Assembly: GCF_018350175.1 (NCBI RefSeq)
Contig: NC_058368.1
Span: 107,758,001-107,822,000 of the forward strand
Length of the DNA: 64,000 nucleotides
Direction: 5' to 3'
DNA from: Felis catus
Lineage: Eukaryota
This document shows, one piece after another, positions 48,726 to 61,549 of this stretch (position 1 is its first letter; each line of letters begins with the position of its first letter). The notes under the pieces are model-generated. The model was not told where the DNA came from, searched no databases, and was given only the letters and a program-made list of their open reading frames with translations. Position numbers and translations under genes: made by a program.

Positions 48726-51250
48726 GGGATGAAGAGCCTTAGACAATACTGAAGAGTATCATACAGTTTGCATTTTCTGAAGATAAGGAGGAAGTCATAA
48801 GCAGAGGTATGCTCTGTCTGAAGGTAGAACTTCCTGATTCTTTGATAAGGAATGTCTTCTTTCAGTGGAGGTAACTGCATCATGATCACATAATTTCACT
48901 TTGATAATAAAGACAAACTAAAGCTTATACCATTTATATTTTCAAAAAGCCCTCGTGCAGCATTGCTGTGTTTCAAAGTCAGTTAATTCATTCTTGTGAT
49001 TTGGTAAAATAAGACTTGAATTTGCTTTCTAATCACAATTAAAAAGAGAGAGAGTGAGAGAGAGCGAGAGAGAGATTCTAATAACATACCTGAACTATAT
49101 ACAAATCTGTATTCCATTGTCTTTGGCATCACTGAAATATCAAATAAGGCAGATGTGTGTGTTTGCCTCAAGCTTAAGGTCATGGAGCCCCTTATCCAGA
49201 GAAATGCTGAAAAAAACACTGCACATGTCCTCTTTAAAGAATGAAATTAGAAAAATCAGGAAACTAAATATTTAGTTTTCCCACTTTTACCCTTTACCAA
49301 TATTCTTGATCTTGAGATGTGCTGCTTAAAGTTGAATGCGTCTTTTAAGAGTCAGAATTTTAGCAAGTTCCTAACCAGGAGAGAGAAAGAGCCTCCCTCT
49401 TGCTGGGAATGAAAATGATTTTCCTGAATCAATAATGTATATTTCTAACTGATGATCCTTTAGATTAATGAAAGCTGGTGACCCAGATGATAGGTAATGC
49501 TTTAAAGTGTGACATAGCCTAAAGAAATTAAAAATATTTTCTAGAATTCTTGCATATTCTAGAAGCAGGAGTGGCTCTTATATCTTATAGGCAAATACTA
49601 TTAGGAAAGAAGAGATTTGAGGGATGAAAGGCTCATGTTCTTTAATATTCTAAAATTCTTTTAATTTAAACTCTTTCACTTATTTTTTATAGCAATCCAG
49701 TGAAATAAATATGACCTGGCATTATTACAGATAAAGAAATTGGTTTTCCCCACAGTTTACTGCTCTGAGGTAAATACCTCAAGGAGTTGGTAAGAATTAG
49801 ATGGCAGCTCCAGAGCACCAAATGTTTGATATACTCCCCTTGGCCTCAGTTCATATACTTTCTTGTCTCTGACTTATTGAAGAATAAGATATAAGGAGCC
49901 TAAAGATCAAACAAGCAGAACTGAAAATGAAGAGGCCGGAAGAAAATAATACGTCCTAGGAGATGAGCCTTAGGAGGAAATGGATTGATTAGATTTCATC
50001 TCCTATCCCAGGATCATGCCTCGGCTTCTTTGGTAATTAAACTGTAGGCTAAAAATAAACAAGAGAGAGAGAGAAATAACACTCACATTATAAAAGTTCA
50101 GACTAGCCTCTGTGATAAATTATTAAAAATTAATTAAAATATTAATTTAGATATTTGTAAAAAGTATTAGCTTTAGATAACATATTGGCTTTCTCCAGAA
50201 AAGAATGCTGACTTCCTGTGCCTGAGGAGATGATAATCAAAGTGGCACAGTGGCAATCAGTGTGAATTCATTAAACAGGAAGTAAATAGGTGTTTTTAAA
50301 ATTCTATCTCTATTTATAAATACTTTCAATATGAAAGAGTTTTGATGTTCAGAATTGATAAAAACAAGCAAATAAATGAAACAGGGTAAGAAAACAATGG
50401 AAAAATCCCAAGGGAAATAGATTTTCCACCAGAGAATATTTTGTCCTCTGAAATTGTTCTGGCTGCCCACCACCTCTCTAAGCTATATAAAACTTCTCTT
50501 AGCTAATGCCAGCCTTTACACATATCTACTTGCTGGGTTTTTTTTCTTGATTATAAAAATAAACATTCTGAGTGTAGAAAAAATGGGAAAAAAGGCACTA
50601 ATACTTAAAAACTATCCTCACTCATATATACCAACTTTGACATTTCATAGGATATTATTTTCTGTTTTTTCCCTGTTTTTTTTTCCAAGTTGCAATGAAA
50701 TGCAATGCCTTAGTGTATTCACTTTCATAAGTATACACACAGAAAGTCACATACAAACAAAAATATACTTTGAGGGTTTTTTTCATTTTACATACAATGA
50801 TACTATACATATGTTTTCTGTGATCACAGTATATTGTATTAATTTATATAGATCATTATCATTCTTTTTTATAGTTTGTAGTAACTGATAGAAGCCTACT
50901 TACTATCCAATTCCTTTTCTTTATAATAGAATCCTAGTTTTACTGAGAACAGCAATACGCCCAGCTACAACACCAAAATCAGTCAAATTTGCCAGTATCC
51001 TTTGCAGTTCACGTGGCCATTGGCAAAGTCCTTGCCTATGAGGTATAGGCAGATAGATATATGCTAGGGATTTCAAAGTTTTGTTTCCTCAGTACAGGTA
51101 CTGCCTCTACTTCTTTATCCTTTTCCTCCTTCTTGCTGCCTTAAAACATGGGTATAATGGCAGGAAGGGCTATGATTCCACTATGAGAGAAAGGTTAAGT
51201 GAATGGCCAACATTGTGCCCCTAACATTCCACGCTTGCAGACTTCTACGC

Positions 51251-52630
51251 ATTTGCAAAGAATGAAATTTAACCCTTATCTTACACCATACACAGAAGCC
51301 AACTCAAAATAGATTAATTGCTTAAACATCAGACCTGAAACTATAAAATGACTAGAAATAAACATGGGGGAAAAGCTTCTTGACTTTGGTGTTGGCAATA
51401 GTTTTTTGGAATTGACACCAGAGGCACAGGCAACAAAAGCAAAAGTAAATAAGTGGGACTTCATCAAACTACAAAGCTTCTGCATGGCAAAGGAAGCCAT
51501 CAGCAAAATGAAAAGACAACTTACTGAATAGGAGAAAATACTTGCAACTCACGTATCTGATAAATGTTAATATCCAGAATATATACAGAATCCACATAAC
51601 TCAGAAGCAAATCATCATCATTATCATCATCATCATCAGGTAAAAAGTGAGCAGAGGATCTGAATAGACATCCTTTGAAAGAAAAAATACAAATGGCCAA
51701 CAAGTACATGGAAAGATGCTCAACATCACGAATCATTAGGGAAATGCAAGTCAAAACCCCAATGACATATCACCTCGCACCTGTTAAAATGGCTGTTATC
51801 AAAAACAAAAACACAAAATAGTAAGTGTTGACAAAGATATGGAGTAAAGGAAATCCTTGTGTACTATTGGTGGGAATGTAAATTCGTGCAGCCACTCGGG
51901 AAAACAGTACTGAATTCTCTCAAAAAATTAAAAATAGAACTACCATATGACTCAGTAATTGTACTTCTGGGTATTTATCCAAAGAAAAAACATTAAATCA
52001 AAAAGTTACATGCAATCTTCTATTCATTGCAACATTATTTTATAATAGCCAATATATGGGAACAACCTAAATGTTCACTGATGTATGAATGGATAAGAAA
52101 ATGTGACACAGACATGAATGGAATATCATTCAGCCATAAAAAAAAAAAAAAGAAAATCTTGGGGCACCTGGATGGCTAAGTCAATTGAGCATCTAACTTT
52201 GCCTCAGGTCATGATCTCACAGTTTGTCAGTTTGAGCCCCATATTGAGCTGTCTGCGTCAGCACAGAGCCTGCTTCAGATCCTCTGTCCCCCATCTCTCT
52301 GTACCTGCCCTGCTCACACTCCCTCTCTCTCAAAAATAAAAAAATAAACATTAAAAAAAAGAAGAAAATCTTGTCATGTGTGACAACATGGGTAGAATTT
52401 GAAGGCATTATGCTAAGTAAAATGAGTCTGAAAAAGACAAATACTGTTTGATCTCCCATATATATGTAGAATCTAAAAAAAAAATGAATAAAAAATGAAA
52501 AATGAGCTCATGATATAAAGAACAGATTGGGGTGGTTTTCTGAGCCAGAGAGGTGACCAGGTGAGTGAAGGGGGTCAATAGATACAAATTTCAATTCTAA
52601 AAAGGAATAAGTCATGAAGATATAATGTTA
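51251..52630 (+). mobile_element. 5'-truncated L1 (ORF2 3' part + partial 3'UTR)
   Basis: 'ggcaacaaaagcaaaagtaaataagtgggacttcatcaaactacaaagcttctgca' and downstream L1 motifs; (TCA)n at 51612-51638. Confidence 0.92.
52161..52361 (+). mobile_element. Can-SINE in L1
   Basis: TSD aagaaaatcttg (52150-52161 / 52362-52373). Confidence 0.93.
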
Positions 52631-52902
52631 CAGTAAGTCAAATAAGCCAGATACTGAAAGACAAATACTCCCTGATCTCACATGTGAACTCCTTATAATG
52701 GAAGGTAGAATGGGGTTACCAGAGATTAAGTAAGGGTTGGGGGAGGTGAGGGGAGTGCAGGAGTGGGAGGGGAAGAGGAGGTGTTGGTCAAAGGGTATAA
52801 ACTTTCCATCGTAAGGTGCCAAAGTTCCAGAGACCTATATAGTACACAGCATGGTGACTATAGTTGATGTATACTTGAAATTTACTGAGAATAGATCTCT
52901 AC

Positions 52903-52946
<44 letters not shown>

Positions 52947-53090
52947 GGTAACTTGTGAGGTGATGGTTATATTTATTAGTTTGATTATGGTAATTATTTC
53001 ATAATGTATATGTATGTCAAAACATCATGGCATACATCTTACATATATATAATTTTTATTTGTTAGTCATACCTCAGATAAAGTTGGAAC
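52631..53090 (+). mobile_element. Second L1 3'UTR (L1MA-type)
   Basis: 'aaataagccag..aaagacaaatac..gtcaaagggtataaactttc..acagcatggtgactatagtt..gtgaggtgatgg..atacctcagataaagttgg'. Confidence 0.85.
52907..52945 (+). repeat. (AC)19 microsatellite
   Basis: Directly visible. Confidence 0.97.
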
Positions 53091-53711
53091 AACAAAAACC
53101 CTAATTTTCTTAAGCCACTGCTTACTTAACATTTGTTACAACTGAGTGCAACTCTTGTGATATATGTAATAATCAAAATGGAAGCACCATATTTTAATAG
53201 AATATATGCTAAATACATCATATTTAATAAAATTAGGATGCACTATTTAAAAAATTGGGATGTGTCATAGATTATTTAACAATTGAACACATAAAAGACA
53301 TTTTAAATGTTGCAAGAGTGATGTGATGGACATATTTGTACATATCTATGCCAGTCTTCTTTTCTACCTGTTTACCATTTTTTACCATTTTGCATTCTTT
53401 GAGGATTTTTTGATAATCCTTTCATTCAATCTGCAGTCTCACTAATTCATATTTTATCTAGGTTTCTTTTTATTATTATGTGTGTTTTTAAATTTCAGCA
53501 TTTATTTATGAACCTATATCTATGTGTATCTTCATACTTTAAGTATTTTACATACACATAAAAATATGTAAAATATTTTACATAATATTTTACACATATT
53601 ATAAAAATATTTAAACTGTATGAAATTGACAATATATATTATTAAGGATTTTATATATGTATGCTTAATATCTAAGCTCCAAAATAGTTTATATTAAAGA
53701 GACATGTTTCA

Positions 53712-53929
53712 GGGGCGCCTGGGTGGCGCAGTCGGTTAAGCGTCCGACTTCAGCCAGGTCACGATCTCGCGGTCTGTGAGTTCGAGCCCCGCGTCAGGCT
53801 CTGGGCTGATGGCTCGGAGCCTGGAGCCTGTTTCCGATTCTGTGTCTCCCTCTCTCTCTGCCCCTCCCCCGTTCATGCTCTGTCTCTCTCTGTCCCAAAA
53901 TAAATAAACATTGAAAAAAAAATTTTTTT
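53712..53929 (+). mobile_element. Young felid Can-SINE
   Basis: TSD aagagacatgtttc (53697-53710 / 53930-53943). Confidence 0.97.
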
Positions 53930-54893
53930 AAGAGACATGTTTCTTTTATTATGGGTAAGAAGGACTTTCTAAGGATATTAATTTTATTTATTTAAAGTTT
54001 TATTCTGTTTACTATGCCTGTGTTATTATAATGTTAATTTTCTTATAATTTAGTTTTGGTGGTTCCAACCCCCTCGGCCCCCACCAGGCTTTTATGTTTG
54101 CTTCTGAATACCTGAAAATTTTTAGGAAATTCTAGGTTGCAGTTTAAAAAGCAAGAAACATTTCTTTGGCTTACATGAAGGTCTCTGAAGCCTGGAGTTA
54201 ATGTAGATTTTCACTACTATACCCTTAACCTTTGCTGCAGGTAGATAGTGATGGTACCTGGGGGCAAACATAGCTTATGAGGCACTGATCTTCAGGATAC
54301 TGGCTTCGTGAAACTTATCTGTGGTTGTAAGGTGCCTGGCACAGTTATCATATTCATTGGCCCAAACTCCATGTGCCTACTGTGAAAATATCCCCTTCAC
54401 AAATTTGTGTTCTTTGGTTTATTGGCGAGTGGGGGGGAGGGGGTACAGTGGGGGACTCTCAGAGTCGGTTTTTCGGACAGTAGAGAAATTAGTTCAGCCA
54501 AAATATGCATTTCTCTCATTACACTGAGGTCAAATATCTTTGCATACATTTCATAAATCAATAGTATCAACATTTTTATGAATTATATATTTCTACTCTT
54601 TACTCATATCCCATCGTGTGTGTGTTGTTTTTTAAATGATTTAAGGGAATTTTGCCTACTTTATATATTAAAAATATTTTCTCCTTGTGTCATTCGCATT
54701 TCATAAATCATTTGTTCTATTCTATTCAGAATTTTTGTATTTTATTTTATTTGTGTTGTTTCATTTCTGGCTTTTTTTCTAGCTTTTGCTTTTTGAAGAT
54801 GTTTAAGAAGGCTTTCTTTCTTTCACCCAAGGTTATACATGCAGTTGGATATCTTTATACCCAATAATTTTTATTTTAAAATATAATAATCTT

Positions 54894-55104
54894 GGGGCAC
54901 CTGGGTGGTTCAATCAGTTGAGCGTCCAATTCTTGATGTCGGCTCAGGTCATGTTCTCACAGTTCGTGGGATGGAGCCTTGCATCAAGCTTTGTGCTGAC
55001 AATGTGGAGACTTGCTTGGGATTCTCTTCTCTCCCTCTCTGCACCTCCCCTCCTTGTAGCCTTTGTCTGTCTCCCTCAAAATAAATAAAAAAGCATTAAA
55101 AAAT
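54894..55104 (+). mobile_element. Older Can-SINE
   Basis: Head 'ggggcacctgggtgg', CT tract, tail; degenerate TSD aaaatataataatctt / aaaatgtaggtctt. Confidence 0.92.
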
Positions 55105-55118
55105 AAAATGTAGGTCTT

Positions 55119-55412
55119 ACTAAGTCCTGGAGATGTAATGTACAGCATGGTAATTATAGTTAATAATACTATATTGCACATATGAAAGTTACAAGGAGAG
55201 TAGATCTTTAACTTTCTCATAACAAGAAAAAAGATTTTCTAACTATGTATGATGACAGATCTTAACTAGACTTAAGGTGGTGATTATTTTGCAGTATATA
55301 CAAATATCAAATCATTTTGTGGTATACCCTGAAGCTAATATAATGTCAGTTATATAATGTCAATTATATAATATAATGTCAATTATCCCTCAATAAAATG
55401 AATAAATAAATG
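55119..55412 (+). mobile_element. 5'-truncated L1 3'UTR end
   Basis: 'taagtcctggagatgtaatgtacagcatgg..gtatatacaaatatcaaatca..caataaaa'; TSD aaaat(g/t)taggtctt (55105-55118 / 55413-55426). Confidence 0.9.
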
Positions 55413-55503
55413 AAAATTTAGGTCTTTAATTTTCTTGAAATTTAATTTGGTGAATGAAGTAACAGAGGGAACATGTTAAACATTTTTTTTTTCTGAATGG
55501 TAA

Positions 55504-55601
55504 CCTGCTTCAGATTCTGTGTCTCCCTCTCTCTCTGCCCCTTCCCTGCTTGTGCTCTCTCTCTCTCTCAGAAATAAATAAACGTTAAAAGAATTTTTTT
55601 T
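55504..55601 (+). mobile_element. 3' half of a Can-SINE (head missing)
   Basis: Starts abruptly at 'cctgcttcagattctgtgtctcc'; CT tract and tail present; no TSD. Confidence 0.88.
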
Positions 55602-55799
55602 AAGATTCCTTTATTTTTTAGTTTGCTGAATATACAAATTAGAATATATAATATATTAGAATGGATGTTGAGAAAATGTTTTTTCTGCATCTACTGAGAT
55701 GATATGATGGGTTTTTTTCCTTGATTCTGGTCATGTGTATGAACTCGTTGGTTGACCTGGGTAAGTCAGCTTTGCATTCTTTGAATAAACCCTACTTTG

Positions 55800-56458
55800 T
55801 CATGGGTCCTGGCAGGAAAACAATGACCCAATGAAAATGGGTATTTTGAAGACAGCTAAGCAAAAGGGTGCTTTAAAAAGATAAGGGCCTTGGGGCGCCT
55901 GGGTGGCGCAGTCGGTTAAGTGTCCGACTTCAGTCAGGTCACGATCTTGCGGTCTGGGAGTTCGAGCCCCGCGTCAGGCTCTGGGCTGATGGCTCGGAGC
56001 CTGGAGCCTGTTTCCGATTCTGTGTCTCCCTCTCTCTCTGCCCCTCCCCCGTTCATGCTCTGTCTCTCTCTGTCCCAAAAATAAATAAACGTTGAAAAAA
56101 AAAATTAAAAAGATAAGGGCCAGAAAATGAAAAAAACAAAACAAAACAAAAAACCCACCAGAAGTATAACAGTGGAGCCGTATTACTGTCACTAAGCCCG
56201 CAGGCATAAGGGTTTAGAATAGTTACAGAACAAGAAGAAAGCGAGCTGCGTGGAGAGGGATGCCTGGACAGCGGCTGGAGGGATTAATAAACCAGCCTTA
56301 GTCTCCTTTCTTCTAACCTGTAACTAGTGCTCAGTTAGTGGCCAAATCCGGATGAAAGCTTAAGGAAAGGGAAGTTCACTGACACAGTCCTTGTAGAGTG
56401 TTCTCCCATTTTACCAAGTGGGGTGGATCTGAAAGAACAACAAAATATGGCAAGTACA
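55800..56458 (-). mobile_element. ERVL solo LTR (LTR16C-like), SINE-interrupted
   Basis: 'gggtcctggcaggaaa..atgggta..', 'gctgcgtggagaggg', 'gggtggatctg..tggcaagtaca' recall reverse LTR16C. Confidence 0.55.
55892..56106 (+). mobile_element. Young felid Can-SINE
   Basis: TSD aaaaagataagggcc (55875-55889 / 56107-56121). Confidence 0.97.
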
Positions 56459-56555
56459 AACATGCATTGGTCTTTTCATTGACTTCTGTATTCACTTTTT
56501 ACATTTACATTCAGAAATGAAATTGGCCTTGGGATTTCCTGTATGCTGGCCTTAT

Positions 56556-57522
56556 TTTTATGTGTGTGGTATATATATTTTTTACTGAAGTTAAATTAAC
56601 ATACCATGTTTTGTTTTAGGTGTGCAACATATTGATTTGCCAATCCTATACCTTACTCCAAGCTCATCACAATAAATATTATCACCGTCTGTCACCATGC
56701 AACATTATTGCAGTATTATTGACTATATTCCCTATGCTGTACTTTTCATCTCTGCGACTTACTTATTTTATAACTGGAAGTCTTTGCCTCTTAATTTCCT
56801 TTATTTATTTCTCCCATCTCCCCACACCCTCACCCTCTGGCAACCACCAGTTTGTTCTCTGTATTTAAGAGTCTGGATTTTGTTTGTGTGTTCATTTGTT
56901 TGTTTTTTAAATTCCACATATAAGTAAAATCATATGTTATTTGTCTTTCTCTGTCTGACTTATTTCACTTAGTATTATACTAAGTCCATCTAGGTCCCTC
57001 CAAAATATCTCAAATGACAAGATATAATTCTTTTTTATAGATGAGTAATATTCCATTATATACATGTTTATATGTAATTTTTATTTTGCAACATAATTAT
57101 ATTCATTTTAGTGAGTATATAATTTTGCAAGTCATTAAGAAATTATATATATAAATGTATATATTTATATAAAAATAAGTTATATATATTAAGAATTATT
57201 TATATACGTATTTGAAAGAGGCCACATCTTTTTTATCCATTTATGTATGAGTGGACATCCATATCTTGGCTAATGTAAATAATGCTACAGTAAACATAGG
57301 GATGCATATATTTTTTCACATTAGTGTTTTCATTTTCTTTGGGTAAATACCCAATAATGGAATTGCTGGATCATATGGTATTTTTATTTTTAATTTTTGA
57401 AGAAATCTCCATGCTGTTACACAGTGGCTGTACCAATTTACATTCCCACCAGCAATGCACAAGAGTTCCTTTTTTTGCACATCCTCACCACCACTTGTCT
57501 ATTTCTTGTCTTTTTGATATGA
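56556..57522 (-). mobile_element. 5'-truncated carnivore L1 3' end with TA-rich expansion
   Basis: Reverse 3'UTR/ORF2 end; TSD tatgctg(g/t)ccttat (56542-56555 / 57523-57536). Confidence 0.92.
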
Positions 57523-57923
57523 TATGCTGTCCTTATCAAATAGGTTGGGATTTTTCTCTTCTCTCAAAAGATGTTAAAAGTCATGTTATTTCAACCTTAA
57601 AAATTTGTTAGAATTCACTGGTAGAGACATCTTGTATCAGTTATGTCTTGCCTTTTTTTTTCTGATTGGTCTGAGCAAGAATCTATCATTTAACCAGTCC
57701 TATCAAAGAACCAACTTTGGCCTTAGCTAACTCTGTTTTTTGTTTATTTTTTTTTTATTTCATTAATCTCTATTCATTATTTTCTTCTTTGTACTTGATC
57801 AAGATTTAATCTTCTATTTCCTTTACATTAAAATAGATGCTTAGCTCACTGAGTTCGAGTTTTATTTCTTTTCTAATATGCAGTTCAGTATGTAAATGTG
57901 CTGCTTTATCCACCTAAGTTTTT

Positions 57924-58125
57924 TTTTTAATTTTTTTTAACATTCATTCATTTTTGAGAGACAGAGTATGAGTGGGAAGGGGGCAGAGAGACACAGTCTG
58001 TGAAGCAGGCTCCAGGCTCTGAGCCGTCAGCACAGAGCCAGATGCAGGGCTCCCACTCACCAACCAGGAAATCATGAGGTGAGCTGAAGTCAGACGCTTA
58101 ACCAGTTGAGCCACCCAGGCGCCCT
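57924..58125 (-). mobile_element. Can-SINE
   Basis: TSD tccac(c/a)taagttttt (57909-57923 / 58126-58140). Confidence 0.95.
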
Positions 58126-60049
58126 TCCACATAAGTTTTTATATATGAGATTCTTTTTATTCCCTATATATCATTTGAGTCAAAATATTTTTTTCATTTT
58201 CATTCTTTGACTCATAGGTTATTTCTAAGTCTTTTTCTTCTGAAATGCTAACCATATGGACTTTTCTTTCTTTTAAAATACCTTTTTCTGTTTGTTTTTT
58301 GATTCCTAGCTTAATTGTACTTTGGCCAGAGAGCATATGTGTGAAACATGCATCATTTCAGTCCTTTGAAATTGTTGAGATATGCCTTCTGACCCAGCAT
58401 GTGGTATTTTTTCCAAATGTTCTATGTGTACTTGGGGAAAAAAATGTTTATTCCAGTTTCTGTTTACAAGATTCTTTATATGTCCATTCAATTCCATTTT
58501 TTCTATTATTCAATTCGTTATATTCTTACCTTTTTTCCTTGATCTGTCAGTTACTGAAAGAAGTGTGCTTCACTGTCGGGAATGAGAAATGTCTCCTTGT
58601 GACTGAATTTATTTCTCTTTACAGTTTAGTTAATAAAATGTATGGTTTTCTTTAATTTTTCCTAACTTATTGGTGTAAAATTGTACATATTGTTCTATAA
58701 TGGAAAGGCTAAGGAATACTTTCACTTAAATACACAGGAATAAAACTGCAAAAAAATGTTGCATGTGATTGTGATAAACATATATGTTATTAAAATGGAA
58801 GTCTTTTTCCTTTAAAGGAAGAGGCCTTGAAATAGCCATTATTAATGTGTCCTTTACTGAAATGTTGCCAAAATTTCTTCCATCTTAGTGCATGTCCTTT
58901 TGCAGATGACTAAGAAATTAATTACTCTCCCTTAACCTGTCTGCTGAGGTAAACGCCACATTGATTGAGAGGCTTTGCATCGGTTTATGCTACTGTCTCA
59001 GTCACATCATATGTGGTTCTTACACAGTACTATGTTCTTTTTGGTGTTATACTTATCTGTTAGAAAGGTCATAAAAGTGGAAAAGATTAATGGAGTTTGA
59101 GGCTTTGGGTTTACTGCATCTTTGTGGAGTTTTGACCTGTACTTTCACGAAGATGGAGCATAATTAATGCTTGCTTTGATTTATGATTTCCACTGCTAGG
59201 AAACTACGTGAAATTGCTCTTATCTGCTAGCACTCCCTTTTCTATCTCTGTAGATATGTTGACCGAGAAATAATAGCTTTTGTTTATAAATTCCACCTTG
59301 TGAGATTTGTTTGTAGCATTTTAGTTACTGCTTAATAAAACATATGCTATACTCATCAAACCATACCAACTTGACCCTAAAGCCAAATTTGAATACCTGC
59401 TGTCTCATTGTGTGTCTGGAGGGCATCGAAGTGAAACAATTCCAGCTTTGACCTTTGGAGCAGACAGCAGTACTAACAATTAACTCTTGTTGCATAACTA
59501 TAATCAGAAAGGGACCTTCTTCATGGCAGTGACACAGAATATTAAGCTGAAAAGCATGAATATAGCCTTATGAACACCAGGCCTCATTGCAATGAAGCAA
59601 GAGACCAGGACTGTCAAGGATGTCAAAAGAGATGATTTTAGCCATGAGAGAACGTTGCTTAATGTATAAATGACACATCAATGGGAAAACTGTTGATAAA
59701 GCAGTAACCATCATCCTTGAACTCTTTAATCCACTACAACAACTTATGGTTTCTTAGTCCTTCATCCTTTTAAATGATTCATAAACCTGTTGAATGGAAG
59801 TAAGGGCATCTGGCTATCATAAACTTATATAAAAATATTTTACTCAAAGGCAACCAGATTAAATGCCTAACAGGACCACATGATAAAAATGCACTTTCTC
59901 TTCATTCCCACAAAACCATTCAGAGACTCTGTAGGAGAGTACAGTGTAATATTCAGGTATCCTTAAGAGAATAAATCGTGAACATAATATCATTAGGGAA
60001 ATACAGACTCCTATGAAATAAATTGTTTTAAAATTATTTATCCTTGATG

Positions 60050-60660
60050 TCGCCAAACAATTATCTTCCTAATGCAGTTACCCCTAAGACATAATTTCAA
60101 AAGCTTTTAATTTGGTATTTAAGTTTCTTTTATGATATGACCACAAGTTACCTCTCCAGCCAAATTTTCCATAAAGCCACTCTGTATTCTGGTCTAGCAT
60201 TCCATTGTATTTTCTGTTTCCCAATCATGTCAGGTAATTCTGTATCTCTTTAGACTGACTATACTGCTTTTTCACTCTGCAATGCTTTCTTCCTGTTCCC
60301 TTGCAGTGAAAAATTATGGCATTCACTCAGATGAAACCTTCTCTTTTAAACCTTACTGGATTCTCAGAATGCATTTTTTCTTGCCCCAGGCTCTCCCAGT
60401 ACAGTATTTGTATTTCCATTGTATGCTCATTTCACTGTCTCACCCAAAGATTTGAAGGTCACTGTGGGCAGGGCCCATGAGTAATTGATCTTATGTTCCC
60501 AAAGCTTAGCAATAACTAGCATTTGGCCATTCTGCTAATGAGCTTATAGGATGCTCTATTTGCTTGAGATACAAACATGGACACATAGCCCATGCCTGTG
60601 GTAGGTGTCCCTTGCCTGTGTTAGGTGCTGATTCAATATATGTTGAGTGACTGAATTACA
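60050..60660 (+). mobile_element. L2 3' fragments
   Basis: 'aatgctttcttcc..gaaaccttctc..gtgggcagggcccatg..', 'taggtgctgattcaatatatgttgagtgactgaat'. Confidence 0.55.
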
Positions 60661-61099
60661 TGGGAGTAGTCTTAGTTGTCTGTTGCCAACAGTGAGTGGT
60701 CATCATCTTAAACAGTGCATGGCTGTAGAAAATCTGATAAACAGAATGAAGGGGGATACTTTTTTAAATACCCCATTTGGAAGTTCTTATGAAGTAAATA
60801 AGTGCAGTAAGGACACTTCAAGATAGAAGAACCTTAGATCACTAATTTAGAAGTTCCCCATTGCTGCTTTAACATACTTTAACAAGTGAAATAAACTTCT
60901 TACTTGGCCTGAGTGTTAAAGAACAGAATCTTGAAGGCTTATCCCGATGGATAGCTGGATTCATCAGTCCTATACATAGTAGGAGGATTTATAGATCTTA
61001 GCATTTGTAGAATTTTTTTTGAAAACTGAGATTATGATCACTATTCATATTATCCTGAAAGCTGAATCCTCCATTGAGGAAGCTGCCTGAAATATATGA

Positions 61100-61545
61100 G
61101 ATTGTAAATTTGAGTGCTAAATATGATTAAGAAGTTAGTTTGAGAATATAGTATTAAAAAGTTTACTAAGGAATTTAGATTTTTAATCAGCGGTAAGCGA
61201 ACACTGAAAGTTTTAAGGAGTTGATTACTTTGTGTCCATTACATGCAAGGCCAGTTAACATGCCAAAGAAAGATTAGCTGCATAAATAAGTGAATGGAAG
61301 ATCAGAAACCAGATATGAATATAATTTCATACTTGCCAATGGATGAGAACTACAGCAAGAGCTCTTCTGGAAATAAAAAGTAGAGTACACAGATGTTGGA
61401 ACCATTTGGGAGAATTAATCAATAGAGTCTAGTGATTGATGAAACATGGGGAGAGGAATGTAATAAAAATGATAGGCCTGAGTGCCTGAGAATGACTTTA
61501 ATCAAGAGAGGGAACACAGGAGGAGAAAGATAGCTAGAGAATAGG
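61100..61545 (-). mobile_element. L2 fragment
   Basis: 'ctaaggaatttagatttt..actgaaagttttaagg..tgattgatgaaacatggg..gagagggaacacaggaggag'. Confidence 0.55.
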
Positions 61546-61549
61546 AGTT

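Larger units (their letters stand above)
50885..53162 (+). mobile_element. MLT1 (H/I-like) solo LTR split by L1 sequence (halves ~50885-51250 and ~53090-53162)
   Basis: 'gcccagcta..tcctttgcagt..gtggccat' in the 5' half and 'ttaagccactg..ttgttac' in the 3' half. Confidence 0.55.
54540..58650 (-). mobile_element. Ancient L1M ORF2 remnant, fragmented by later insertions
   Basis: Reverse ORF2 motifs in order: 'ttttctgcatctactgagatgat', 'gaataaaccctact', 'ttagaattcactggt', 'tcaaagaaccaacttt', 'tttggccagagagcat'. Confidence 0.7.

Noticed and set aside
50454..50888. 144-aa hydrophobic ORF (similar ones at 58245 and 24754)
   Set aside because: Non-ATG start and/or T-rich composition (often within old repeats) explain the apparent hydrophobicity
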